A DNA stretch of 64,000 bases from Raillietiella orientalis. Its lineage: Eukaryota. The DNA is taken from NCBI GenBank assembly GCA_036172245.1, contig JAYWIR010000017.1:3782001-3846000 (forward strand), read 5' to 3'. The position numbers and the translations under genes were made by a program. This document shows, in pieces, positions 50,501 through 64,000 of the stretch. How positions within the stretch are numbered: the first letter of the stretch is position 1; each line of letters opens with the position of its first letter. The notes under the pieces are model-generated. The model was not told the DNA's origin and ran no database searches. It was given only the letters and a program-made list of their open reading frames with translations.

Positions 50501-53500
50501 TGTCATACATAAAATATGTATGCAAGAACAAGGAATCTTTGGTGCGAATTTTTCATATGAAGACGATTGAAAAGATTAGGAAGACCACCAGTTATTTGGA
50601 AATGTTCGGTGGTCTTTCGTGATGAAAACCAGGGAAACTGTGATAATGGTTATTGGTAATAACATGTTAGCACTTGTGAAATACAGCACAAACGTTTGTG
50701 AAAAGGTCACGGAAAGAATGCCGGTGACGAAGTGAATAGAAATCCGTAAAGAATCCGTTCGAAAACAGACACAATCCACAACTGATAATGAAACAGCTCG
50801 CTTTCATCGAGGAGGGTTCACTGCCTGCATCTATCTCATTTTCACTGAGATTAAGTTGCACACACCCTCAAAATCACTCCTGGTACTCCGCGAACTTTGC
50901 CCGTAAATCTGAAAGTGAGTGCTTTCCGTGATGGTGACCGGTCGCTTTACGGCGAGCTTGCTCGTGAATTTCATCCCCCCTCCCCCCTCCTGGAGCAAAG
51001 ATTTTGAAACTTTCAAGTCAGTGTATCTGCTGGGTAAATGTAAAGGACAAACGAACAGAGGATCAAGTTCCAAATGTTCCAGTGTACGATTATTTGACAG
51101 CACGGTTGCTTCTCGAATGGCCCTTAAATTTGATGCTTTTTCTCTTTACTGATGAGCAGTCAGCGCATTTACTTGCATTTTTTTTTTATGATCAGTTATG
51201 GAATGGGTTTGCTTTGTGGAGAAAAGTCAGTTCATTGATTTGCGAGAGAATTCTGGCAGTTCACGCTTGCAAAAAAGTCGTACAGCAAAATATCTTGGAA
51301 AGTTCCTTACCGAAACGACGTAATCACTTGGCGAGAATTCGCAAATGAGTATTGCGTTCTTTCCAAAAGGCCCATCGGGAACAAACCACCCGTTCCCCAG
51401 ATATTTTCCATATTCATCCTCGTCACGGAAAGGGAAAAAGTTGGAAAACAGGAAACCGTTGCTGGGTTCCAACAAGCCGAACTGAGGGAAGGTTTCCAGT
51501 TCCAAATACCGATTTCCATACGGCGAAACTTTGTTCCGAAACCATCCGTTTCGGGAGTTTCCATAGGACGACACCGAACAAAACACTGTGTTACCCAGAA
51601 GTAGAGAAAACGTCCACTTCAGGAACAATACACTCATCTCGCGAATTCTGATGACATGCCTATCGGAACAGTACGAGAAAGAACTCCCAAAGCGTGGTGC
51701 TTATTCCTGAGCACGGATCAGTGGTCATCTGCAATTCGCACCAGTTGCGAGAGAAGCGAAAGCACGTTCTTCCTCGTTTGCATCTAACAGAATCTTAGAA
51801 CGCTCGGATGGTTTCTAAAGAAGATCCGTTTGCAATCAGGTCAGGATTTGCGAAATCGAGAACCACCCTCTCTTTCAGCACATAAGGCGAATGGCTGCAG
51901 ATCAGGTAGTTGTTACAGCTTTCTTTCCTTTTTTTCGCTGAAGATCCCATGTACGCGTGAATTTTTGGAAATGTCCCTTTCTGGAAATTTCGGTTCCTTT
52001 AAGCACGCTCGGCAGACTCTTCAAGGAATGGACTTAGGACGTTGAGAATCCGCAGTGGCTTGGCTCTTTCTATTTACTGTTTGTTTCGATTTTCTTCCGA
52101 TGGTTCTCCATCCATCCGAAGGAGCACTGAAATAAACTCGGTTCGGCAACACATCGAAACGAGGACCTTTTTGAAAAACCTTTTGAGTCGCACAACTCGC
52201 GGAGGGATGTGGGAATCTTTGAGAACTTCCGACAACTTAGAAGAAAGTACATGTTTGCAAAAGTTGGGCGAATCGACACGCTCATCAGTGAAGCACGTCC
52301 TTCGGCTAAACCTGACCCGACCCAGTCGCCATGCAAATTTGATTTTCCACTCCATTTCCCGGTTGGTATTTTTGCGAGATAACGGAAAAACAAACAAATG
52401 TCCTTTTTCCGCGGCACTTTGGGGGCAGACATTCCGCCTGACTCTCCGTCGAATTCCACTCCGAAATGCAGTCTCCACTGTACCATAATGATCCAAATTG
52501 ACCGGCTTGAACGAAATGTATCGCACGTCATGCAGAATGTCGAATATCCTACTGGACAGACACACTCTTTGCAATAAGTGCGATTGCGGTATTCGTTCTA
52601 TTGGTGCAGCTTCTAAGAAAGCTACATAGAACAGTTGAAAGACTGTTGTGGCTCAACAGTTTCATTCTAGGATACGCACCGCTCACCTTTCCGGGAAAAA
52701 AAAAAAAAAAAACTTTCAGAGGATGTACTTTTTTTCTTCTGGAGATATTTTTCCGAACCGTTTAAAACACGCTTAAGCATCAAACTAAGAGAGAAACTTT
52801 TGTATGATTGAGAAAACTGTCTTGTTATTCCTAGACTCAAAAGAACTCAGTTAACGTACACAGGGTGATTTTTTCCATGTGATTAAGTTTTAGCATGCTA
52901 CGAAGCAACTGAAAAAATCGTACAGAAGATTTTACCAAAAACAAAAAGGTTATCTAATGATTCGTAGAAACATTTTTGTTCCAAATAAGGACCTCTACAA
53001 AGACAAAGAAATTTCTGCACCGTGAAGCACCACCTTTCAGCTGGAGTCGAAATTTTCTACGAGTCACTCAAGTAAAAAAAGGAAGTTTTAAGAGACATGA
53101 AACACAAGGTGCACACAATTAGAGAATGAAATAAAAATAACACGGTAGGGGCAACGATGGAGCATGGTTAAGAATTGGACAAATGAATGTTGACCTTCCA
53201 AGCCTTAGGGCTTCTTGGAAGTACGAACAAGGCAAGTACGAACCGAATGCCAAGTGGACAGAAAGGATATCGAAAGGGTCAGAAAAACAGGATTACGTGC
53301 CACCTGGACTCTATGGGCGGGAACAGAGAAAAGCCCCGTCTTCAAAATAATTCTGTAAATCATGAAATTTGTTGGAAAGCCACTAAAATATTTGAGAAAA
53401 CACATCACGATACATCAGATCATGTCGAAGGTACTCATGCATTGGGATTTGCTAACAGCATGCACAAAATTCAACTGGAAAGAATCTGAAAGTTGCAATA

Positions 53501-56500
53501 ACAGCAACAACAAAAAAAAAATTACAAAACTGTTTTTCTTTATTGAAAACTGACATATAAACCGAGTGACAAACGGTGTCATTTGCATCTTCCAGCTTGG
53601 GAATATTGGATTCACAACATGTAATAACCACAACATGAAAACCGTGATTCTTATGAATGACAAAACAAATATAGTTTTAAACTCCCGCTGTTCTAAACTC
53701 GGATTCCATGACACATCTCCAGAAGTTTAGTACATGTACAGATTTTGCGCGATTCAAGAGATGTTCAACACTCTTCAAGTGAAAGTTCACTTTCAGGAAC
53801 AGAGAAGAGGTATTCCAAAGATTCTTCAAAGGACAGAAGCAACAACGCGCATCTACAGGGGGGAACGGACTCTGTGAAATTTTTTCTACTTCAGTTCCTA
53901 CTACGATGTTCCACATCTAAGCGGGATGGAGATCGAAAGTGTTTTCGCATGTTCTATTAATTATCTTTTCAATTCCATTTCCATTGTCTTTGCCGCTGAA
54001 TTGCGAAAATCCCATTGATGCCACTGCAAAAGCATGAATACCTCCGTATATTCGCTTTGATCCCGTCACACATTCAAATACTCATACCCAACGGGCCTCT
54101 TTTCGACTGACAGCAAAAACTGAGGTACTGCAAATGCTTTTTTTTTTTTTTTTTTTTTTTTATACTTGTCATGTTTCAAATTGGACATTGCTCAAGTCGT
54201 CTAAGATTTAGAAATACCTTTCGCTATCATGTACCTTCTTGTAAATAACGTAAATTCATGCAAGGTTTCTTAGCATTCGTAAGCTTTGAATGGTGAAGGG
54301 TCATCAATGGTCTGTTGCCTATTCCTCGCTTTGCATCAACGCCAGGAAAATCTTCACACTTCCTTACAAGAATGTTCCTGATGGTTCCTTTTTAGAACTT
54401 GATTTGAAATTGAATGATTAGCATGCGGTTTAAGATACATGCTTCCTAAGCAAAGGAATAGCTGTCTTTACCATTATTGTGATACTTGTACTAAGGAAAT
54501 GAGATGCTGTTTGCACTCATAGGTATTTCAGTATTGCGAAAAGTATTACAGCCACGGTTCCGGAAGTAATCTACAAGTTTGGCACTCCTTGCTAATTGCA
54601 GCGTTTGTCGATCAATTTGACATCCATAACGCTCATTTTTTGAGGAAATTTGAAAAAGCATTGCAAAGTCCATTCGTCTGATAAGCTTTTTCTCTTGCCT
54701 TGTTGTCTTCGCCGTTCCCATCACTAGCTGATTTAGAGCAAACTTTGATTGAAGACAAAAATGGACTATGCCCATGCATATATGAAACCCTATGCTAGAG
54801 GAAATGCCAGAGGAAACAGGCAAGTTTAATTTCAGATTATGAACACCACAATGTTCATACTGTCTCACTGTACCACTGTTCATACAAACTGTATCATGCA
54901 ACTGTTTTGCAGTCCAGCTCCATGCACACGTAAGGGCATGAGTGGAAAACACAAACTGCTTGTGTGAACATAGAAGGTAGAAACAGGATAATGTAGCTCT
55001 TTTAGAATACACTAAAAGATTCTGGAAAACTTTATGAAATTGAATCTAGATTCCCTTTCGTATTCACGCATTTCATCATCAGTAAACAAAAAGAACCATG
55101 AACTTTTCTCTATCCATCTCAGACTTTCATTCACAGTAAACGTTGTTCGCAGCAAACATTCGCTTTGGCTTGTTACTTTTCTATTGCATATCATTAGAGA
55201 CATACACTTACCATTAGATTATTAATATAAAAAATACTGTTTATATATTTGTTCTACTTACGTATTTTAAGTTCGAAAGGGGTCTCCATTGAAAGGAAAA
55301 GAAAAAAAATCACCCTGAACTGCAAGTAAATAGAAAAATCAAATTTCACAAGCCAACAGCTTAGAATTCTGATGCTATAAGAGCTGCTTCGGCGCCGTTA
55401 GAAAACAGATCCTCACACGAACTTGAGTTTAACAAATTGCAAACTCTAAAGTTGAAATTCTGCCACCTTTGGCACCGTGTTTATGAGGAACTTCAATGAG
55501 GCGTGATGTACATGTCTGCAATGTCTACACCCCATTAACTGGTGCATAACTAACAGAGGGGACACGGCCGTTTTCATCATCGCAATAGTAATTAAATTTT
55601 AAATCAATTCCTCGATTATTCACAACTCTTTTAAACAACACCGTGGACCTTACAACATAAAAAAATCATATCGTCTTCACGGAAAATGACCAAACATTTC
55701 AACCTAATTTTAACTTAGTGATTTTCTATGGAGTAAAGTAGCATTTCTAATTTAATTCAAAACCATTTATTCCATTTTAAAACTCACGACTAGCTTTCTG
55801 TAGGTTTTCACTAAACAACGCACTTCATAAACTCCCGGAGGGAACGAAAAACGGAGGAAACAATGTTCATTTTAATAACTAGATTTCATTACTGTTTATA
55901 GGGCAAAAAATACCGTTAACATATTAGACAGACATACATGCACACAAACATGAATACCATAACTACTATTTTCACATAAACTAGGTTTCAATGCATATAC
56001 CACTGCAATGAACAAAGTTGTTAGTATTGCCAGGGATAAAGAGTCAATTTTTTTAAGTACTTTGTTACGTGAATGTCGCCCTAGTCTTGATTTACTCAGT
56101 TACTTGGGTAATGTTGAACTTCAAAATGGTCTTCTGAAAAAAGTACTTAAGTTGAATTTTGAAAAGCTACAGAAAGTAAAGAAAAAAACATGAAGATTCT
56201 GGCTTTGAATTTAGTTGAGGCATTCCAGAAGTTCCTCAGAGATGAGAGATCGCCAATTGGCAGAAATGCCATTTGGAAATCGTCTATATCAAATCAAATG
56301 AAACAAAAAATGGCATGAAAGGATAAGCTTCAGGATCAGAAATTAAATCAAGTTTCTGACATTCAATCTTTCATACCACAGATTTCATGTTTCAAACTGC
56401 TTATAAACTACTTTTATGATTAATAAAATGAAAAAGGAGAACTTTAACTTGCAAAGGACCAGTCAACATGTAGCAAGTAGGTAAATATCTCACCCCAAAA

Positions 56501-57250
56501 CTTGTTCTTTTGGACATTTAAATTTACATTTATGCTTCTTTAAATTTCCAGAAAAATGATGTCTTTGGAAAAAAAGTTTTACAATAATAAAAGCAGCCTT
56601 CTGAAAAAATGGGAATGTATTTACGGATGCAGAATGGATTATGTAATTCGTATCCTGAATTTGATTAAAATTGCATTAATATTAGTATACAGCTGTGACC
56701 ACAAAATTTAAGAATATGGCTAATCAGCCAAATCACAAGGGAATGAGAATCCTCTAGCAGATCTTCACATTAATATCATGAAAATCCCAGATTTTTACCT
56801 GACACTTAGAATCATTAAAGGTACAAATAAAAGAGCATAACCAGTTTTCACGTTCCTCTGAAAAGAATAAAATGAACACAGACACTGCAAGTGTAGCTGA
56901 AGAATTGAAAACAAGTACACAGGCCATTTAAATCACTAAAGTCAACAAATAAGAAAAGGAATACTTACAATGCAGATGTAAAGTGAAAAAAAAAAAAAAA
57001 ACAAAGAAAATATAGCTAACCAACAAAGGAGAAGCCACTGTTAAGATTCACATAAAACATGAGATTATAAATTACTACTACTGAATGCTTTATAGCAAAT
57101 TAAACATGAAAAATTCCCTAAGAAAGAAACCCATAAAAAATTCCAATAGCTTCTCAAGTTTGCTTTCTAAGGACACTGATGAAGAATAACAGGAAATAAG
57201 TATGATTAATTTCAATGAATCTATAATTGTAGAAGAAATTAGAGCTCAAG

Positions 57251-57312
57251 AAAAATAAATTATGGAATAAAAATTATGGATAAAAATAAATTATGGAATA
57301 AAAATTATGGAT
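57251..57312 (+). repeat. Perfect tandem duplication, 2 x 31 bp
   Basis: aaaaataaattatggaataaaaattatggat occurs twice head to tail. Confidence 0.9.
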
Positions 57313-58271
57313 AACTTTTTATCGCAATCTGAAGATTTGAGAACAAAAATTCTGATAACGATATCAATTGAAAACTAGCCTTCAAAGTTTATCCTTTACA
57401 TTAATTCTAGATTAACTTTTAGTACTTAAAAACCAATCAAACAGGACACTGAAAGTATACAAAACACATCTGCATGGAAGAATCTGTTAATTTATGAATG
57501 ATAACAAGTATCTTGGCAACTGAACTGAGAAGAGAAATTTAACTGTCTGTTCGTACTTATTTACTAAGTTAGTGAATACTGGAAAAACAATCAAAATAAA
57601 AACACCTAAGAACTGCATGAAAAGCAGTGGTATAAACTCATGTATGCTGTTAGAATCAACATACACATATTTTGAATTCTACTCACAGTATGAGTAAAAT
57701 TAAGCATAAGTATCAGTATGAATAGCAGCATGAGTTTAAATCACTGGAAGACCATAACAATCAGTAGAATTGACAGTGAATTGTTTTGTAAATTATTATA
57801 GTGGTCCAATCAACCTCTTTTGTTAAAGGAAACCAAATTCATACCATTCAAAAAAAATAGTTTTCAAAGCTATTTTATTTAAATGGGTCTCATTACTTCA
57901 CTTTAAAATTAACGAAAAATTAAAACAGCAGCATGTTTCATCAGGCTTCTGAATCACATAATGGATGAAAAAGCATGCTGGAAAATACAAAGCTACTTTT
58001 TCTAGAAAATACTTTACATGGTAAGTGGTTTTGAATTAAACAAAACTAAATGTCCAGTTATATAACCAAAAAATTTACAACTTTCATATAAGTATACAAA
58101 CTATTATGTGGAATTCTTAAAGATCCATTTATCCAGATAAAACCAGCATACTTAGCAAGATAATCATTATATTTAATCCATTGCATGTTCCAAACATTAT
58201 ATGCACAAACACTCATACAAGAATAAAGTATTCTTCATGCAATTATGAATAATAATTGAAAATGAAACCAT

Positions 58272-59482
58272 TTACAATAAGTCCATACAATCACTATCTT
58301 TGAATATCTGCTTAGTCTGACTGTACACTTGCTTGGCAGCATGAACAACCTTGGGAAGAACTTCCAGTATATGCTGCTGCATTTGATGACAAGCACCACA
58401 AATACGATTTGCTAATTCTTGCTTTGTTGGTAAAAAAGGTATAGCCATAAGGACTGCTTTCCTGACTAACCATGAATGATACTTTGCTAATGAATCATTG
58501 TAGGATTCTTTACAGATATTTCCCATTTTATCTCCCATCTTCAAATCAATAAGCTTAGTGAGGAATTTATCTAAAAACTCTGTAGAAAAATGCAACTTAT
58601 TCTTTTCTATTGCGAACACTTTTAAGAATGCAGTTTTTTAGAAATTTATATAAATTAAACTGATTGATGAAACTAAAATATTTAAGAAAATGAATCAGTC
58701 TGAAACTACCATCTTACAAATACATGAATATTTCAGTATTCTAAGAAATAATTAAAAACTGAGAACATCACTATGTGATGTGATTAAAAACATAGATATA
58801 TAAAGTTCTTACATTCAATGTTTCTTTAATAAAAGCATGCTTATAAAGGGCAGTTCAAGTGAATATTTAAAAATATGATAAATTTTCAGTAGCTAGAGCT
58901 TACCTAAAGCTCTGTGTAAGCGTATGATTATTTGTGAACCTGAAACAAAGTGTGTGTCATACAACAATCCTGAATTTTTTTCGTATGCAAGCATGGATAG
59001 GCAAGTTTTATAATGCTTAGATTGTTCACCACTACAATAACGATTAAGTTGCATAATTTTGTCTTCAATATCGTGGCTGACAAAAGTAAATAATTTACCC
59101 AGTAATCTACAAAATCTAAAGAAAGTAATGATGAGAAACACACAAATTGAAAATTTCTTAAAATTTGAATTCTAAATTAAAAGTTTAGAATTAAAAACAA
59201 ACACTAAATTCACAAGAAAATTCATAAGGTAACATTAAAGCATTTTTTTGAACTTTGAAACTCATAACTCATTTGTGTTGAAAATGTGCATGAGTAGACT
59301 TTGTAGCCTTATTAACACACTACATTATCAATGTTTTATTAAGCAGTTATTAAAACACTGATTTACTTGCATAACTCCTTAAATGCATGTAAATAGGGAT
59401 CCAATCGGAGGCTTCTTTCTGCTAAGCAATTTTCTAATGATTCATATAGCACATCTATGTTGAACTGATCATTAGAATCCAT
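58272..59482 (-). CDS. CPTP: Ceramide-1-phosphate transfer protein (GLTP-fold, GLTPD1-like), 211 aa; coding exons 59482-59367, 59115-58904, 58579-58272
   Basis: The three exons with GT-AG boundaries sum to 636 nt in frame: MDSNDQFNIDVLYESLENCL...LDPYLHAFKELCK/FCRLLGKLFTFVSHDIEDKI...SGSQIIIRLHRAL/EFLDKFL...YNDSLAKYHSWLVRKAV...LPTKQE...MDLL*. Motifs FxFxSxDxxxK, RLHRAL and LAxYHxWxVRxAV are characteristic of CPTP. Confidence 0.93.
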
Positions 59483-59699
59483 TGCAAGATCTCCTACTGA
59501 ATTCACAGTTGTGGATGTACTTACTTATAATCAACGTCATTTAATTTAGAGACTGCATTTCAAACAAGAAAAGTGTGAATCTGGGATAGCACTTGCCTGT
59601 GGTACTCATGGATGCTTACGTAAAACATGCATAAGTACCAACATTACATAATATTCCTACTAATTGTTTTAGCATATGCACGTAACTTGCTTCTTCAGG

Positions 59700-60300
59700 A
59701 CGTGTTCAGACCCAATAACGTATTTGAATTATTTACGGGGTTCCTGAAGCTTGAGGGATCTACGTTTATTTCCCGTTTTGTGCCGAAAGGGCATTCATAT
59801 TATACACGGAAAAGCGTGGAACGTCTGTGTGTCCTAGGCTCTCTGTATTTTGCTTAGAGTCTGATAAGGAGATAAATTTCACGAGGGAATTCCCACAGCT
59901 CTCCCGGAAGAACATCGCACTGGTGGTATAACAACAACACACACCTCACCAGGGATGCTGCTGCTTCCTCTAGCCCTCGGGAGCTCTAACGGTGCTCAGA
60001 CTCAAGAGGCAGTTTAGCCCAAAGGTGCAACTCTTCCCAAAGGTTGTGAAACCGCCGGCAGTGCTCGCGTTTCCTTTGCCGACGTGCTGCAGCGGTTAAT
60101 TTCCTGTGAACCGGCATCACTCTGGATTAGCATCGTTTTGCTACAGGATTCTGGTTCCAGGGATGTTTTCGAGGCGAGAGAAATCCAGCGGTCGGTGCGG
60201 TCGCTCGACGGATGCGAGCACAGGCAGGCTCGTCTGCTTGGTGGGTTGGAAAAATTGCATTCTCACACGACGGACTTGTGTGTGTGTGTGGGGGGGTAAC
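59700..60300. promoter_or_regulatory. Candidate promoter / 5'-UTR region of CPTP, possibly bidirectional
   Basis: A short GC- and CpG-containing island sits between two AT-rich, CpG-poor blocks, just upstream of the CPTP ATG. There is a minus-strand donor-like ctg|gtgagg near 59948. Confidence 0.4.
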
Positions 60301-62963
60301 TGAAAAAGAATACTGGATGGTTGCAAAAGATTCGAAAACACATAAAGGACATCGAGTTTCCAGGATAGAGAGAAAAATTCATAGAGTGAACAGCGAAAAA
60401 TGATAAAAGATGCTACACCATAAAGACGAGAGTAATTTTCCAAAAATTGGCTCCAAAGATTGCCAATGGTTTGGCATTTTTGGTATCAAGAGAAATCACA
60501 ATAATCCTCAATCCGAGAACTCACAAGGAGGACCGATTGGAAAGCACAAGCATAAAAATAGCTAAATCCATACGTCTTCAAGGAAGAAGAGTAATAACGA
60601 ACAAAAGATTCAAATTGACATTGAGATGGCATGACTGAGAATTATTCTCTATTACCACGATTATAAGGGGAAGCTCATTAACATTTTAGCAATGACAAGT
60701 AAATAAATTGCTTTATTAGGTTTAAGATATGAATATTCGAAATTCGTAACTTCACTGACCGTAGTAAATTGAATTCTGATTGAACTTTCAAACATCGTGA
60801 CAGGATCAGAAGTCCGTAAGTTAGAGGTTCGAATATTGCAAGCTTATCATCACATTTGTTTTGGATCGAATGTCTAGCTAATCTAAAGTATTGTCTGATA
60901 GCCTCACATTACAACACAAATGGTTTACCAGATGCCAAGAAAATTGGTGGAGGAACTGTAATGTAAAGGAATGAATAAATCGAATTGACAGCAAATATGT
61001 TGATATCTCGATAAACAGTTGAAGTCTCATGCTCAGTAGTCATTTTTTCAATCTAAAAATGTGTGTATGTGTAGAAAGGTCTACTGATTCACATATAAAG
61101 CCTTGACGATATATCCAGAATTCATCGATTCTTGTGAGAGGACTTGTGAGGGGTGTTTAGTTTTTACCTATCTCTATAGATTTCTATGAGTATACTTTGG
61201 AATTTTTGCTTTCACATTCCATAATTCTGGTATAAATATTTTTCTATTTTGGAATTCACAACGAATTTAATACAGATGAGATTGTAAGTCTACTAAGAGA
61301 ATGGCTACTCAAAGTACACTATGCAAATCTTTATCAATCTTTCTCTCTTGCTTTGCTATGAAAAACTAGACTGCGTTTCATCAGCATGAAGACATGCCTC
61401 GAGCGGAGGATTTACTACAATGTAAAATAACCATTTAAAATGACTCAATCAATTGGGATGCATACATTATATTCACTAAAAATTTATGTAAGACGTTAGG
61501 TGAAGTAATTTAGTAGAACTTTAGTTATATATAAAGTTATAAATTATGCAGAAGATCACTCATCAAATATTTTCTTTCTTCCTTGCTTGATGACGTCTGA
61601 TAATGAATTTTGGCAAATGATCACTCCAAGTTTTTAAAAACCGAAATCCTTGAAGGATTTGCCTTCAAGTGAGTGAAAGCGAGGCCTCTAATTGCATGGG
61701 ATCGATGATATTAACCGTCCCACTGCCGCTCAAGAATGAACTGCAAGAGGACATCGAAAATATGAGGTAAGTTCCGTTATGATTCCAGAAGACTAATCAA
61801 GATTGCCGGAAACACCATTTTAATCTGCGATCTAGGCGTTTTGGTTTGTGCTGAGATCTCAGAGTTCATTCCCCCTCATGATCTCTGTGTTTTTTTTTTT
61901 TTTTTTTTTTCCGTCTCTCTTTTTTTTCCTTCGGCCTGAACATTTGCAACGGTAGTGCCGGGTAGTCGCAAGGCATCGTTTACGATTCTTCAGCAATCAC
62001 ATCAGCAGTACTGAAGGCAGAGTAAATGTCTTGTAATATCGTGCTGTCCTTCACGAAGAGGATCGCACCAGCGCATCTTCAGAAAAGGATATCTTTCGTA
62101 CTGTGAGCGCAAATCCCGAGAGGATTGACGTTTGTATTCTTCAATGTGTGCTTCTTTTGATGGCAGGACACTAAAGGACGACTTGAAATGAATAAGTAAG
62201 AGGAACGAAATATCAAAAAGAAAAAAAAAAAGAAAAAAAGGAGGAAGAAGATTTCCTCGAAAAACTTCTGTCATAGGAGGTGAGTCTTTTGAGCTGCTGT
62301 GTTTTGGGGGAAGAAAAAAAAAGTGATTTTAGAATAAGTACAAAGCACCCAAAGAGGAGAGTAGCAAAGCTCGAGAAGGAGGGCTTTTTTTTGTTTTTTC
62401 TCATGCTCGGGGCAAAATTGGATAGAAACGGTACTTCCGTTAGAAAATCGTCTTCCTTCGAGAAGAATCGAGAATCAGCAGTATACTGGTGTTGTTTGAG
62501 TGAAAGTGACACACGTCTTCGTTTCTTTGATGAATGAACATGTGTCAAATGTCTTTGGCGTTGGTGTGCAACTGGCGGTCTCATCTCCAGAACCAAGCAG
62601 TCTATCGTTGTTGCACATCTATTTCCGGAAAGATGACCCGTTAGGTAATCCTATACAGTGCAATACATGGAAATGATGTAGCACACATATGCGAAAAAAT
62701 ATGCAACGGGTTGCTGTAGTATACGTGCATCTTCTAATAACATCAACGATTATCTCCAGATGTTACAAGGGAATGCTTTTTAAAACGATATGATACCTTA
62801 CTAGAGGGATGGTCAGTTGTAAACAAATGTTAGCTGTTGGATATTTTGGAATCTGCGTTGCAGGATGCGGTCTCTAATAAGTTGAGGTTTGTTGTTTCGT
62901 TTTTAAATGCTGCTGTTCTTCTTGTTTTTCTTTTCTTGGTATATTTTATTTTTTGTTTTTCAA

Positions 62964-63513
62964 TGGCCCGCGTCAGAGGCCATGTGGTTACGGTCTCCGC
63001 GCATAGCACCAAGCGTCGCAGGTTGGAATACTCGGCAAGGATCGGCGCCGAGAGATGGGGGTGCGCGTCGCGGGTTCGAATTCCTCCTGCAAGATGACGC
63101 TGGTTGGCCTCTATTCATTCGGGTGCGGCACCGGTAGCGGTTCGAACCAGATGCCTCCAATGAGTGGCCGGGACAATGGGAGTCGAGCCTCCGGGGTCCT
63201 TCCAGGAATCAGAATGAAGGAGAGGGGGTCACCCTCAGGTTGTGCAAAGAACGGACTTCCCATTCCCGGGGAACCCTCCATGGAGTAGGTGTATCCCCAC
63301 TTCTCCAGAGAGTGCAGAGAAGCGTGCCGATCCCTTCGGAAACCACCTTCCAGAGAAATTTCAGAAGCATCCCTTCGGGGTTCTCTTCAGAGGAGTGAAC
63401 AAGAGCGGTTCTCTTCAGAGACAACGAGGGTGGAGGTCTGTTTCCCTTTGGGGATCCCCCTCCCCAGGCTTGAGAGGAACGGACTCCCTCCCTTCTCCTG
63501 AACCCTTCCTGGA
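62964..63513 (+). mobile_element. Apparently full-length tRNA-derived SINE (family copy C) with 13-bp target-site duplication
   Basis: Identical direct repeats ttttgtttttcaa at 62951-62963 and 63514-63526. A-box-like catgtggttacgg and B-box gggttcgaattcc near 63072. Homologous copies at 7909 and 18088. Confidence 0.8.
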
Positions 63514-64000
63514 TTTTGTTTTTCAACGAGGAAAGGAGTTATTCAAAGCGTGGGTTTCAGTCTTGATACACAAAAGTGTAGCTTATTGTCATTGAAAAAG
63601 CATCGTATCTTGAGCCAGAGATTTTTCTCTCTTTGACCTGGAATTCTTTGATTTGCAATCAGATGAAGACAACAAACGCATCTTTATACGTGGCCCATTA
63701 AAATCGATCGAACATTCATTCCCCCCACTGAAACGACAAATTTAGGAAACCATTTCTTCATAAAATCCCCAGTTTAGAATCAGCATGGAGATCTTGCTTA
63801 GGGTAGAGAAATCCTCCAGGGTGACATGACGTCGTCAGTGCAGCCTTAGGAAACTGGTCTCGTCTGGCACATTGATTCGAAATGAAAGAAGATGACTAGT
63901 CGCTTCTTGCTGAGAACACACGATAAGGATTGATACCAGGGAGGGGGGGGGGAAACACGTATGACTCATACAGCACTTCCATCAGGCTCAAAAATCTCAA

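Noticed and set aside
62976..63090. tRNA gene
   Set aside because: A B-box is present but no complete cloverleaf; it is the head of a SINE.
1..64000. CRISPR array, operon or prokaryotic defence system
   Set aside because: No regularly spaced direct repeats, low coding density and spliceosomal introns; the only bacterial-looking DNA is the 522-bp insert.

Overview
This is eukaryotic nuclear DNA, not a prokaryotic window. It looks animal and probably arthropod (GT-AG introns, a secreted arthropod-type serpin, a tRNA-derived SINE, piggyBac and LINE debris); the species cannot be determined from sequence alone. Most ORFs in the six-frame track are spurious. Well-supported genes, all on the minus strand: a serpin with a single coding exon (20451-21695), a three-coding-exon ceramide-1-phosphate transfer protein of the GLTP fold (58272-59482), and two in-phase exons of an immunoglobulin-domain gene (44320-44548 and 34085-34371). 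The most striking feature is a 522-bp AT-rich fragment of a Wolbachia-type ankyrin-repeat gene (4190-4711). It is inserted cleanly into a host repeat, and an uninterrupted 'empty-site' copy of that repeat lies about 4 kb away in inverted orientation. Other items of note: a compositionally foreign block with a decayed HUH rolling-circle Rep motif and a perfect 17-bp hairpin (36564-37445), an Arg-to-Gln change at a key phosphate-binding site of the CPTP, an Ig domain with an apparent ~100-aa insertion, an internally deleted piggyBac, and a SINE family with one TSD-flanked copy. No CRISPR array, rRNA or complete novel multi-gene system could be supported. All homology statements come from motif recall and by-eye alignment, not from database searches.
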